A stretch of DNA of 62,846 bases, counting the filler, from Sphaeroforma arctica JP610 (lineage: Eukaryota): the NCBI RefSeq assembly GCF_001186125.1. It is 4 parts of one record of this genome, joined end to end, with 100 filler letters (N's around TTAATTAATTAA, not from the genome) between each part and the next. Parts side by side here need not be neighbours in the genome. Positions count along the whole stretch, not along the records: positions 40,886 to 48,073 come from NW_014040534.1; positions 48,174 to 62,846 come from NW_014040534.1; 2 more parts are not named here. One strand, 5' to 3'. Shown piece by piece: positions 41,089 through 53,980 of this stretch. The notes under the pieces are model-generated. The model worked only from the letters and a program-made list of their open reading frames with translations, was not told the DNA's origin and ran no database searches. Each line of letters opens with the position of its first letter. The stretch's first letter is position 1. A program made the position numbers and the translations under genes.

Positions 41089-42373
41089 CACGGATCGGCG
41101 TACATCGAGCAGTTAATTATGTCTATCTGCCTTATCATTTCGATCTCATTCTGAAAATGTATTTCTATTTTATATATATTCACCGAGGAGTCATCAGTGC
41201 TTCGCAAGTTTCGCCACTGTTCAACGATAGTCGTAAGTAGGGTTTCCAGGGTTCGTGGCTCACTCTATAGGAGGCTATGTGGGTATAGTTGTATTCACAA
41301 CTATGTACAAATCGCATCTAGCGAGGCGAAGATGTTGGTTGCACCCGTAATAACCTATATCAAGCCAAACTAGTAGCAGATAGCGGGTAGTAGCATATAT
41401 ACCAGGTTCCTTTGCACCTGACATACTGTATGGCAATTGCTCGTATGCCTTTCAACGCTGTACAGGCTCATTCACGGTTGATTCAGGCGGTGAACATGGG
41501 CACCATATGAACCATTCCACTTGAACTGCTCGCAAACAGTATGTGCCATTAGTAATATAGCCACGTGATAAAGTCATCCTCAGATATCAGCTTCTACCCG
41601 ACGGATACGCACACACGCTGTACAGCATCAATTTTACCGTACGACTGAATTGATGACGCTTTGTTCAGAGCTAATGCGATGCAGTATCATTTGACATCCA
41701 TTTCCAGTGCCAAAATAAACTTGAAGCCAAATTGAAGCGACTGCCACTGTGCAGAACCAGAAATTTATAGAAGCGCTCAGCACTTCACGATATATGTAAG
41801 TGAACCCTGCTTAAATACCATCAGTCCTCACTAGGTGCGCATATCGACAGAGGACCTACCCCATTTGACCTAACACTCGTGGTCTACTCCTTTGTTTTTT
41901 GAAAAGGTAGTCTATGAGCTGACAAGTAAAAATTGCACTGACGAGATTTCGCAACTATCGTCGCCTTAGTAACGATGCCTTAAATATGATGCAAGGAATG
42001 ATCTCTATGGTCGGCAGCCCTAAAATGCACGAAGTTGCATTAATCTACTTTAGAACACAGAAACATACATACACCTTTGTAGATGTCTTCTGACAGCTGG
42101 TACATACTAGCGCATATTGGCACGTTGTTCGTACCTAGTAGGTCAAGTCGGCTTGTGGTATGTATATCGCCGACATATCAAGCGCAAAACCACTTTATCG
42201 CTAACTGACGAGATTAATTTGCCGAGTTCATTAACGATCATTTTGTCAAAACCTGAGTGTTCTACACCGGTCTACTTATGTTAGTATGCGGTACTGTTAT
42301 GGTGGCAGAGCCCCTGTCTGACGGTCACGCTGATTAATCAGCCTAAATTTTATTCAAAGTTTGGCAGGTAATT

Positions 42374-45300
42374 TCATAAGATATGTAGCCAATCTGGATC
42401 ACTACTGTGCTGTACCACACCACTGCCGCCCACTGTAGTCTCCCAAACGTCGTAACCTTCAGCTCGCAGAGCCGAGTTCATCTGTGCAATCGCGGCCCCG
42501 TCAGTACCTGCGATATCAGAGATACATGGGTTAAGTATATATTTATAAAATGGGAACTCTCTATATATATATATTTATGATGTCAAGGCGTATTCAGTGA
42601 TTTACGTGGTATCCTGCAGAGAGATTTCTACGAGTAACTCAGTTGTATAGTACTGAGTGTTCCGTTGGGAAGTCAAATGTGAACACTGATATGTCACGAT
42701 ACACTATCCGACTCGTTACCCAAAGAACTATCGATAACTCATAGACTCCCTACTCACGTGCTTCTGATCAGTTCGACTACCCAACTCATAGTCACCCTTT
42801 ACTCCATAGACATACACAATTCGAAATATACAAGTTCAACCAATTCACAAATACACACAAACACAGAAAGATGTAAACTGTCTAATTTAGAAGGCTATGT
42901 AAACCAGTATATAAATAGCACTTCACTATATTTTGTGCCATTGTCCGTCTCGTCCTTGTCGTGCACACAACCGTTGTGTGCGGCCAGAGCACATACCTGA
43001 TGGGATCAGAGTCATCGTACATCCACCTCCACCGGCACCCGTGAGTTTAGTGTGGAAGCCGAGTTGTCTCGTTATTTCGACTACATTAGATATAGAGGGG
43101 TGGCCCACACCCACTGATTGCAGCAAGCCTTGATTGAGGTCTACAAGACACTGGAAATGAACAGGCACATATGTTGGTTACTACACCTGGAGAACAACCT
43201 TAATCTAATCAAAGTGAAAACACCGTGCCATACCCAAGTCAATACATTGAGGTAGAATGGATACGAATTTGCGGCATACACAGAAGATATGGCGACGGCA
43301 GCCACTGAGAGGGCTATACAATTTAGCATCTATTCAACACGAATAGTCATGAAAATTGCATGTTGCAGTGTATAGGTACACTATGAGGATATGTCCACAA
43401 AGGTATAGATGCAGAGAGCATTAAATATTACGAAGGTAGCACTGGTAAAGTATATGTACGTAGCATGTATGGAGGCACAGTGGGATGTACCGCGATGCAA
43501 ATGGCGTATACACACACAAATATACATATACATACATACACACACACATATATATACATATTCATATACATACACACACATATATATATATATATAATAC
43601 CAGTCACCAGCCTACAGAACAATGCCAAATTTCATAAAAAAAAGTACCTGCGACGAAGTATCAGAAAGCCAGCCCAAATAAAGATATATTGGTTGGGCGC
43701 GTAGAAAGTACACCCACGCTCTTTCACAGCGAATTATATGCACGCGATTCTCTCATATCTCACATACCTCGAGCTCCGAAAAGAGTTGCGAGACTACTGC
43801 CGTTGCATTGACCTTCAGCAAGGTCTGTAGTATATCCAAGGCTTTCAAACTGATGTTCTCCACAGCTGAAAAGTGCGTGATCGCAACATACTTTAGTGGT
43901 GTTGATAAAAATAGAATGTATATACATTATGCAGTAAAACAGGCAAATGTAATTTTATAGGGTCAGATATACAAAGTCCTGCTCTACCAAGCTGCCGACT
44001 GAGTGAATGTATCGGAGTATTGTGCGAGGAAAGCACACTCGCATGCTCTTGTGATATTAAAAACCTCAGTATTGACAATATCGTTGACACGTACATTATT
44101 CCGTCCACACTTATCACTAGGAACGATGTCTTGAAATGGCCACGAATTTAGCACCATGATGTTGACAAAAGACTATGATTGCGCATGAAGAAGCATATAT
44201 GCGGACAAACTTACCGATGAGTATGGGATCCACGACAGAAGGCAATAGATCCCTCCTTCTCCGAACTTCGGCAACTAATAACTGTGGAAATAAGATTGAA
44301 AAAAATGCATATCTAAATTAAAATTGACTCTTCTTGCGAGAAAGAATATCCGCTAGGCCTACCTAGTTGAGATTCGCGACAAAGCACAATACATATGTGC
44401 CTATATTTGTGATAGCCGATCGTGGGGAACCAAATACCGGCATGTGCCATATGTCGCAAAGAGCAACCCACCATATCAATAGAAAGACGACAAATAGAGC
44501 CTTCCCCGGGCAGCAAAACCCCGGCCTTTAGTAGAAACGGTTGGGCGGTTTCAGGTTCGTGTGACACAATGACTCGCACAGTTTAAAGCATGCACAAATG
44601 ATCATAGATTTACTTGTACACTTCCACATCGATGGTACTCTCGAGGGATAACAATATCAACACAAATGTGAACGCGTCGTGTGCTCAGACAGGCACATGC
44701 CGAGGCAGTCGTGTGTTTCAGTACGTGTGGTTGCTCCAAAATCTCTTAGCGAGTGTAAGCAGAGAAAATTCTCAGCTCATTTTAATAGTATTAAATCTAA
44801 CGATACGAGAGAAATATTTGCGCCCCCTCTGTAATCCAATTAATATACGCGCACAGATATTGACTCCGTATGCTACTCTTTGACGTAGATATGAAGTCGT
44901 AGAATCGTGTACTATCTTATAAGAATAAAAAAGCATAACCACATTGTTGACCAACACAAGCAAAGCATGCCTCGTCCACGTAGTCAAAAGTACCGATATT
45001 TACAAAGAACAACTCGACGATTTCAGCTATGAGAGAAATTGTTTCCGAGTTTGGGAGGTCAATATAATTTACTAGTGCTAATGGTTATTTCATATCTCAA
45101 TCGGACAACCCAAGAGTGCACATCATGCACAACCATGTCTTAAGAAACTCACCTTTGTACTTCGGGGCACCATGGTATTCGTCAGATATATTTTCAGCTT
45201 GGGCATATCCACATTTTGCATGGGCGCGCCTCTTTGAAACCTAATTGCCGATCCGTAGCAACTGACTGTATTGTCAATACCAGAGGGTAATCCGTGTATA

Positions 45301-46295
45301 ATGCACTCTGCCGCGAAAGCCCACACATTGATGATCTCTTGCTCTTCGCTCGACCAGGCGATAATCGCGGGTTCGCTTTGCATCTCATTTGCAAGCTTCT
45401 TATCACCCGTCTCACCACAATCATTGTCTTGAGAGTTCCGTGTATTGCTATCGACTATTTTGACATCCTTTGTATCGTCTTCGATTTCATGTTCCATATC
45501 CATGCTGCACAGGTTTCGTATTTGACCACCACTTGCTAGCATAGCGGCAGCTAGTGCAACAGAGAACGCCGCGGACGATCCAAGACCCGCACCAATTGGT
45601 AGCTGCGACTTTACATGAGCATGCATGACCCTCATTTTCCTACAGCGCGTATTATCTCTTACCAAATCTATGTTAGCTGATATATCGGTATTGGGGTGTG
45701 TATCTATTTCTGTTCGGACATCTGTATTCCTTTCCGTTGACGTGTTGTTGTTTGGCTGTGTTTGTGCAGCTGTGTGCTTCGAACACGAACCCGTACATAT
45801 ATATAAGTACAAGAACACCGCAGCGGCTACTAGCGCTGTGGGGCACACTGACTCACCACCAATTGTGTCGTGTACAAATTGTGTAATGTGTTCTATATCA
45901 GCTGCGAGCGGCTTTCCGCATTCTTCTAGACGTACATCAATTAGTAAACTAAGGTCTTTTACTTCTTGTATGCTCCACTTTACGTCCAGGTCCTGTACAT
46001 CCTTGGTGCTGAACCGTATCGTATCCCTATCAACCTGCACTAAACCCCCTTGGTCTCCAATACTGTCATCATGTTCTAAGCTATCATGCGAGCTCTCCAC
46101 GTTATATTCATTTATCTTCACTGCTGTTCTCAATCCTAGTCCGGCAGCCACGGCGGCCTTCCCATGCACTACCGCATGCTCACCGAAAAGGATAAGTTTT
46201 CCTGGTGCAGAGGTGGTAATGGACCTATGCATAATAGTTGACTCCGCTATAGGGTCCGGTCTGCTGATAGTGGGTGCAGTGATTGCAGTCAGCAT
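42374..46295 (-). CDS. MVK: Mevalonate kinase (GHMP family); exons 46295(or 46231)-45153, 44281-44215, 43865-43768, 43150-42997, 42507-42374
   Basis: SAPGKLILFGEHAVVHGKAAVA, SQLPIGAGLGSSAAFSV, WAFAAECIIHGLPSGIDNTV, LTNTMVPRSTKLLVAEV, NQGLLQSVGVGHPSI, KLTGAGGGGC; introns in phase. Confidence 0.96.
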
Positions 46296-47254
46296 AACTA
46301 ATTCTAAACTACAGAATATGGTGTGAGAGACCAGTTCACACTGTGTTTAAAAAACACTTTTAGTTTAGTTTGTAAATTTAAATCTTATCGGTATGTATGT
46401 CTTTTCTGTGTTATATGCGACTATTCTATCCACCTAATGGTCCGTCTTATGCTTTAAAATGTAATACACTCGACTAGTCACTCTAGTGATGATAATCGAC
46501 TTTTAAGGAAGCAATCTATACATAAACGAGCAATTCTCAAGTCTTATCTCCTGAAGGATACTTCCTTCCTCACAAAAGTCGACTTCGAAATTTCAAAAAG
46601 TACACATTGTACACTTCTTCATTTAGGCCAGTGAGAGCAGAGAACAATGAACATCCCCCACTGATAGATCCACCATCAACATCATTGTTGAACGCCGAAT
46701 GGAACACTTTTAAAAAAAGTAAAAATGTCGACGACCCATCAACGGTGTGAATGTGATCGGTCATCGGTGTCATTATATATTATCGAACGATCAATATGAC
46801 CGACCAATCGGATCTGCGATGATGTACTACCTTTTTTTAGAAAACAAATTTCTTTCCAAACAAATTAAAAAACCTAGTTGTCAGTATGGCACTAAACATA
46901 GTTTTTTGAGATAAGATATAAACCCCAAAAACATAAAATAACCCTCTCGTCATCATTCTTCACTCCACCGCATCAGTCACAGACTCCCAGCGTTCACTCT
47001 CCTCTGGCCCGCCACTTTCGGTTCTTGGTTGAAGTGAAGGCTCTGGAGTCTATTTATGTGTATGCACGTCAGGACTCAGGAAGTATATATTTATATATGT
47101 ATGTACATATTTACACGCTACCTATATTATCCTTAGCATTGCAAGGTCATCTTCCTGTGAAAATACCCCGGTAACTGGGACCAATACACTGGTATCCTGA
47201 TATAAACAGCTTGGCCTGCCCTCACAAGTGGCGCAGTTATTCACGGTTGCTGAC

Positions 47255-50200
47255 ATGTCCAATCCAGCAGCGCTCAAAGCTGCCGCGCTCGCAGCGGCAA
47301 AGCTCAACGAGCGCTTAGCGGCAAAAGGACTTACTAATGTCAAACCACACTCTAATGTGAAACTTCCTGCATCTGTGCAAGCAAGCTCAGCCTCCTCATC
47401 GCTTATGCGTGATATAGAGGTGAACAACGTACCTGCTATGATACGCTTAGAAGTTACACGCCAAGCGTTCCATAACCAATTGCAGAGCGAGTTTGGAGTC
47501 AGTGTGTGTACTAAAGGAAGGTATTGCGAACCCGGTACATCCTTGCCTGATAATGAAAGACCCTTATATCTCTCTCTGTGGGCCACCGAACCAGAGTCGC
47601 TGACAAAAGCTGTGGCAAAAGTTACAGAGAAATTAAATTCGGATGCTGGCTACACCCACCCAGTTAATGGGACACACACAACTACTTCCGGTGGAAGCAC
47701 TGCTTTCCCAACACCTGTGACGGTGACTGTGCCTACCGGGCCTACGGCAGGACATACACCATCTGCACATGTTCATGTATGTATTGTATTGTTGTCTCCA
47801 ACACCTGCTCGTCTTTTGTGGTCAGCTTTCTCGCATTGATTTTAATAGTGTAGTGTTTGGCTTTCATACATAAGAGTACAAAACGCGAACAGATACAGCG
47901 ATTTCATTGTGTGGTATGTGTATACTATTCTACAGGATCCCGCACATAGTCACCAATACACATACATACATACGTGCATATACATACATATTCTTGTATA
48001 AATATACATACAAGCACTTATTATATATATATGTATATATATATAGACAGACAGACAGACAGACAGAAACGCANNNNNNNNNNNNNNNNNNNNNNNNNNN
48101 NNNNNNNNNNNNNNNNNTTAATTAATTAANNNNNNNNNNNNNNNNNNNNNNNNNNNNNNNNNNNNNNNNNNNNTTGTCGTTTTATCTGTAGCTTGTGATA
48201 AGCGTAATTCCTTTCATATACCTGTACATATATATTTTATTATCAACTTATAGACACGTTTGCATACTTGTAGATCCATAAATATTTGAGTGTCATATAC
48301 TTATATCATTTAAAAACTGCATACTAAGTTATATACATGCAGTTATTTTTTGGCTTCTCGAAAATGCATATAGGGTATATCACGAGAAGAGTGAGTAGTT
48401 AGAAAATGTCTGCCATAGTCACATCAAATATGTTGCTCACATCTGCGCGTGCGCTGGTACTCACACACACAGAGCTTGCGATGCCAAGAGAAAGTTTTCG
48501 TAGGGATGACTAGCATGCCTGGATTCGACGTGGTTGAGAAGCTCAAGGTAAGTTCAACATTGTACCGCACTCGGCACTTCGAGCTGGGGCTTTGCATATG
48601 AGTATATGGCAGCCAATCGAACACTACACGTCTGCAATTCAACTTTCTCTAGACAGGAGGATTATTATTGGTGTGGTGCTGCTTGATGTCTTCCCCCCCC
48701 CACCCCCAAACCCATTTCCTCCCCAACAAACGTTCGAATCTTCCGTATCTGTTTCCGCTTTGAATGCGGTTTGCAATAGGGTCCTCTCAGTTCCTACTTC
48801 AGCCACATCACCCAGTCTACCGGATGTCAAGTCCTTCTGCGTGGTCGTGGGTCAGGGTTCTTGGAGCCATCCTCAGGGAAAGAAGCGTTCGAAGCCATGT
48901 ACATGTTTGTGAGCCATAACACACCGGAAGAGCTGGCAGCTGCGGTGCAACTGTGCCAGGGTTTGCTGGACAGTGTCAAAAAACAATATGAAGAGTACAA
49001 GGAGAGCCAAAGACGGCCCAGCGGAGGGTTAGCCAGAGGCGATGCCTACGGTTACACACAACACATCAACTATAACTCAAACGGATACAACAATGGGTAC
49101 AACGAAGCACCTCAGCAACCACCACCCCCGCGACCGCAGCACCAACAATACGATCACCGTAGTCAGCCTCAGCCACCCCACCAAAGCCGATACCCAGCAG
49201 CCACCTACTACCACCCCCCTCCCCCGCCACCCCCGCCGCATGTCCCCGGTCCTCAACCAGCGAGTGCGAGCGCGAGCGCATACACCCACTCCAGCAGTCA
49301 TCCCCCAATCGGCTACGCATCTGCTACACATATGCACGCCCCGCCTACGCAACCCCCACCCGGCCCTCCGCCCCCCTATATGCCTGCACCCCAAATCTCG
49401 TCTCCAGCACTGAATGCCCGGACGACGCTTGCGAGACCTACAACAGGGCCAGCGGGGCCTACTGTATTAGCGAGTGTGAATCTGCCGCCGCCTCCCCCGG
49501 GAGCACCGCCCACTCGCCTGCCGCTGGGTGCGCGTGCGCTGATAGAGCCGCCGATACCAGGGATGACCAGAACATCTGTTACTCGCATACCCACACACTC
49601 ACCCCCACCCCCGACACACAACGCCAATGCCAATGCTACTGCTACTGTCAGTAGGAAACGGAGGTTCCAGGAAACATTATCGGGCGCTGCGAACAGTCCC
49701 AGTGATCGACTCGACCGGGCTCATAGTCGGGAAGGAACGCGGAAACGTCGGTTTCAAGAAAGGGTGCGTACCCCATCACCGTCGCCCCCTGCACATGCGC
49801 GCTCACAATCACCGCTGCCTCAGAGACATCGCAGCCTGCAAGCACATCCCGAGAGGCCTGAGAACGGTAATGTTGGTGGTTTACTGTCTTGTTGTTAGGT
49901 TGTACGATTGTTGTATGTAGAGTGGGCCTGTGTTGTAGCACTGCTTGCATGTCGAGTCCAATGGAAATTTACTTTCAAATTTGCATATAGTTTTTTGTGA
50001 GGTATCACCATTGCGGATAGTATCTCTGAACATTTTTAGTGCAAATGTATATTAACGCAAGTATGTACGTGGTGGTTTTACTGTTCATACTTGATACGCC
50101 ATGAGATTTGGCTAACAGCCCTGAGATTTGTCTATTCACTGTATCTTCAATATCTTGACAAACATTTGATCACATACATTTCGAAATTTAGCACCGACCT

Positions 50201-50817
50201 TTTCTCTGTTTGCCTATTGAGTGTGCGTTATTGATGGCTACGATTGTTTGTTCATATATATGGGACAGCGTAAACACATCGCTGCATGCCAAACTGCACC
50301 AAATATCTTACCACAAAAAAAACCTCCACCAAAAAAAGAAAGGAACCGAGCTAGCAAAAGTAGCACACAATCAAATTATAAACTTTACTTAAAATATTGA
50401 AGGAGTCGACGCATGTGTACTGGCCTTCATCGAAAGACCATTTTTTTCTCGAGCTTGGATTATCAGTGTCTGAATCAGCCTCACAATTGCTTCACCATCG
50501 CTAAACTGAATCTCTACTCTGTATCTATCTCAAACGATCCGCTGTTTGTTGGAACGGATGAACCACGGAAAGCGTGCCCTCCCTCTCCCCTCCTTTTCCT
50601 TTCTATGTTGTTGTGTGTCATGTTTGTATTGGTTGCGACGCGTTATGTCCATGTATGTAAACGTGACTGTTATGTGTTGTTGTGTGTATATCTTCGATAC
50701 GTAGGTTCCCATGAGGAAGTCGAGAAGCCAGAAAGTGAGAAGAAACAAAAGATGATACAGAAATCAGCGTCTGAGCTTGCTTTAGTCGATTATGGCGATG
50801 ATTCGGATAGTGATTAA
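47255..50817 (+). CDS. KHDC4: KH-domain splicing factor KHDC4/BLOM7-like; exons 47255-47776, 48473-48547, 48780-49866, 50705-50817
   Basis: AAALAAAKLN N-terminus; RDIEVNNVP...VCTKGRY...ERPLYL; EKVFVGM...GFDVVEKLKGPLSSYFSHITQSTGCQVLLRGRGSGFLEPSSGKEAFEAMYMFVSH; Pro-rich tail with KRRFQE motifs; ends LVDYGDDSDSD. Confidence 0.9.
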
Positions 50818-51670
50818 TAAAGAGTTACATTAATTGTCCGTTGCTTTCATCGTGTATACTTATATATAATACACATCGTCGACGGACGTGTAGTGCCTTG
50901 TTTGCGAAGCTTGGTAAGTCATCCGATCTGGCCGCCTACTGCAGTAGCAGGCAGCATGTTTTGGGAGTTCCATGAGAGTTTCCTGGAACGTTTGTTCACA
51001 GACGCACTTAAGCTATTCTTTAGTGTCTTGGACGTGATTGACTTTCTACCGGTGACTGCAAATTTCGGTTTACTTGATTTGAGTGAATCCTTCTTACTTT
51101 CTTAGTAGTATGCAGAACGGTTCATTTAATCAACAGGGTAGGATATTTGTCTTGCTGCTCTGACACGAACATTCGCCTGTCCGTAAACCATGGACTGATC
51201 GAAATAATCACAGCTTCCGTGGGCATTTTCAGAGTACTACCAGATTCACTATATACTTAAGTGAATGCAAGCAGTTTTACAATATTTTATTGCCATCCCG
51301 ACAGAGAAGGACATTACGCGACTCACTTATTCGTGATTCAACACGACACTAGTTAACTTACAAAAACTCTGACACCCATGAGGAATTCGTAGTACGGCGA
51401 AGGACTCAGAATTGTCACCCCTAAAATGGAAGCAAGGCCATCGTTTCAATGGTCAATGAACGAAGCGATATAATTGTATGCGCAGTTTTATTATGTGATA
51501 AGGTGGTACTCAGGGCCGTATATACATGAGCCAGAGAGGCGAAAGGACCGTTAAATTGGGATAACCTATTATTTACAACAAATCAAGAAGTACATTCTTG
51601 AGAATGAATGTGCTGAACTACATGCATGTCATCCTATGTCTAAATTTCCAAGCGGTCCTTGCATCTCATC

Positions 51671-53980
51671 TCAGTCTTGTCCAACAGGCTGGGTAGCGGT
51701 GGCACGTTTCTCTGCCTTGGGCGTCTTCGACTTTCCTTTAAATATAGACTGTTTAAGTTTCAAAAGCAGATTGGTCTCAGATGATTTGGACTTCAGTACC
51801 TTGGATTTGCTATATGTGACGGTCGGAATGGCTTCATCGGAACGCCTCGCTGGAGGAGAGTTATGTACAGATATTTTCTCGAGCTCCAAACTTGAATCAC
51901 CTGGTCGCAATTGAACTGGAGGTGGGGCATTCGCTGGTGTTCCTAGGGTCGCGCAGCTTCGCACCGTTTTCATCACCGGGGGTGACTGTTCTCTCTCGCC
52001 ATTCATTACCGGAGATGCCGCAGATGACAAGTCAGGCACACTGCAGGTTACGGACGCGAATTTGGTGCTCTTGTGAGAGGCTGTAGCCGAAGCCGACATA
52101 GACACATTAGGGGAAGCTGCTTCGCTGGATGCTCCTGAACTGCAATCGGATATACCCGAGTCTTGTTTGTTTTCGCGCAAATCGGTGCCGGTGCAGGCGC
52201 TTTTAGTTCTAGCGGCGGCCATAACCATTCCCATCATCCCCACAGCCTCTTGTAGATCCGTAGGTGATCTCGTCAACAGTCTCGGAGCCGGCTGTACTGT
52301 TCCTTTTTCAGCACTGATGAAACTATTTACATCGCTCGTTTCTATCGACGCATTGCCCAGGTCATTCATAGAGTGCCTGTGTCTGAGGGTCAGTCTCAGC
52401 CTACAGGCCGAGAGGTTATCCGTTCGGGAACTCCAGTAGTCACGCGAGAAACGGACTTTATTTGCTTCGCCAGTTTTCGAGGAACCATCATCTATCCCAC
52501 TCGCGCTGGTGTCGTCCGTAGAGCTGATCTGGTCTTGCAATTGATCACGGAGTTTTGTTCTACGCTGGCTTGACCGCACTGGGTTATATACAAGCGAACT
52601 CTCCGAGAAGGCCCGTTGCCTTTCTGCTAGCTGACGTTCTATGGCGGATTTGCCTATATTCGGGCTCACGCTGACGTCTGCTGGGCTTTCGTTCAAACTG
52701 CCATTGCGCGATCTGGGCGAGGCATCGCTGGGAGTTCCCTGATCTGGACTTGTGGTACCACTACTAAGAGGACTACACACCCCGCTACTCCCGTTGCTTC
52801 CGTCGTTGGTTGACAGACTCGTGGAACAACTGCTATCTCCACCTAATTTAAAACCGTTCCGTGTCAGACCGGTACTAGTCTGAGAGCTACTGGTCCTGAG
52901 AAGTGCAGCACTTGATCTACGCTGTAAGTGATCCTGGTGTTGATGTCGTAAACTCGTCGTGGATATTCTTCTACCAAATGTGTTTCCAGCCGTCTTCTTT
53001 CTCTCCTCAGCTCTATTATTTCGACCATTCACCGGACTGTCCTTCTCCTTGCTGGATAAGGAGAATGAGTACGTCGATAACGATTGTTTCCGCTTGCTCT
53101 TTCCCAGACTCTCAGTTGCCGATGCTGCGTTTAGTGCGCCCGTGCTCGCAGCCCCGTTGTTCGCCTGACATACACTCCAGCGATTCACTATATCATTTAC
53201 AGAGACGGATGCGGTCATTTCTGGGATGGCCACAAAGTCCATTTCTGTGAGGTCAGACTGTGAGCCAGGAGCCATAGACAAGCGTTTTGCTAGACGCTGC
53301 ACTCCAGGTGCCGATATCGATCTTTTGACTATCGAGTTGGCATCTGACACACTATCCATCGAAGGTGCACGCGAAGCCCTAGTATTCTTGTGTTCTAATA
53401 TGGTTTGGTTTTGCACTGCAAGTATTTGCCGTACAAGCGAGTAGAATGTCGAGGTAACATTTTTGTTCTTTCTTGAACAAACTTCATGAAAGTGATCTCT
53501 ACTGATACCAAGTGTGTCTACTGTCTTCATTCCGTCTAAACGTGTGACAACCTTCTTACCTACGAGTACGCCATCCGAACGCAATCCAGCTAAAACTACT
53601 GGAGCATGATCTGGTATTCTTAAACCCCAAATCAGCTTATATATGTCGAAAACAACTCTAAGGGAATGGGACGAATCTACTGCATAACAGAGCACAACAC
53701 CGTCTGCATTATTAGCCATAGTCGATACTCGTGCCCTATTTGCTTCACCCATATTGTTGTCGACGCCTTGCATATCATGTATTTCTAAAGTGATCTCTCT
53801 TCTATCGAAATATATTGTTTTTTCGCGTATCTCATCCACACTTGACCATGTTTTCTCGTGATACATACCCGTGACAAATCGATTCACCAACGTCGATTTG
53901 CCAACCCCGGGTGCACCCAGAACAACTATGGATATCCTTTTGCCTTCGTATCTTCTACCATGTTTGAAACTAGTTGCCAT
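51671..53980 (-). CDS. Atypical Ras-superfamily small GTPase domain followed by a ~580-aa Ser-rich disordered tail
   Basis: IVVLGAPGVGKSTLVNRFV (G1), LEIHDMQG (G3), ADGVVLCYAV, VVLAGLRSD (G4), HEVCSRKNKNV (G5); 769-codon intronless ORF. Confidence 0.88.
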   Translation of the reverse strand: MATSFKHGRRYEGKRISIVVLGAPGVGKSTLVNRFVTGMYHEKTWSSVDEIREKTIYFDRREITLEIHDMQGVDNNMGEANRARVSTMANNADGVVLCYAVDSSHSLRVVFDIYKLIWGLRIPDHAPVVLAGLRSDGVLVGKKVVTRLDGMKTVDTLGISRDHFHEVCSRKNKNVTSTFYSLVRQILAVQNQTILEHKNTRASRAPSMDSVSDANSIVKRSISAPGVQRLAKRLSMAPGSQSDLTEMDFVAIPEMTASVSVNDIVNRWSVCQANNGAASTGALNAASATESLGKSKRKQSLSTYSFSLSSKEKDSPVNGRNNRAEERKKTAGNTFGRRISTTSLRHQHQDHLQRRSSAALLRTSSSQTSTGLTRNGFKLGGDSSCSTSLSTNDGSNGSSGVCSPLSSGTTSPDQGTPSDASPRSRNGSLNESPADVSVSPNIGKSAIERQLAERQRAFSESSLVYNPVRSSQRRTKLRDQLQDQISSTDDTSASGIDDGSSKTGEANKVRFSRDYWSSRTDNLSACRLRLTLRHRHSMNDLGNASIETSDVNSFISAEKGTVQPAPRLLTRSPTDLQEAVGMMGMVMAAARTKSACTGTDLRENKQDSGISDCSSGASSEAASPNVSMSASATASHKSTKFASVTCSVPDLSSAASPVMNGEREQSPPVMKTVRSCATLGTPANAPPPVQLRPGDSSLELEKISVHNSPPARRSDEAIPTVTYSKSKVLKSKSSETNLLLKLKQSIFKGKSKTPKAEKRATATQPVGQD

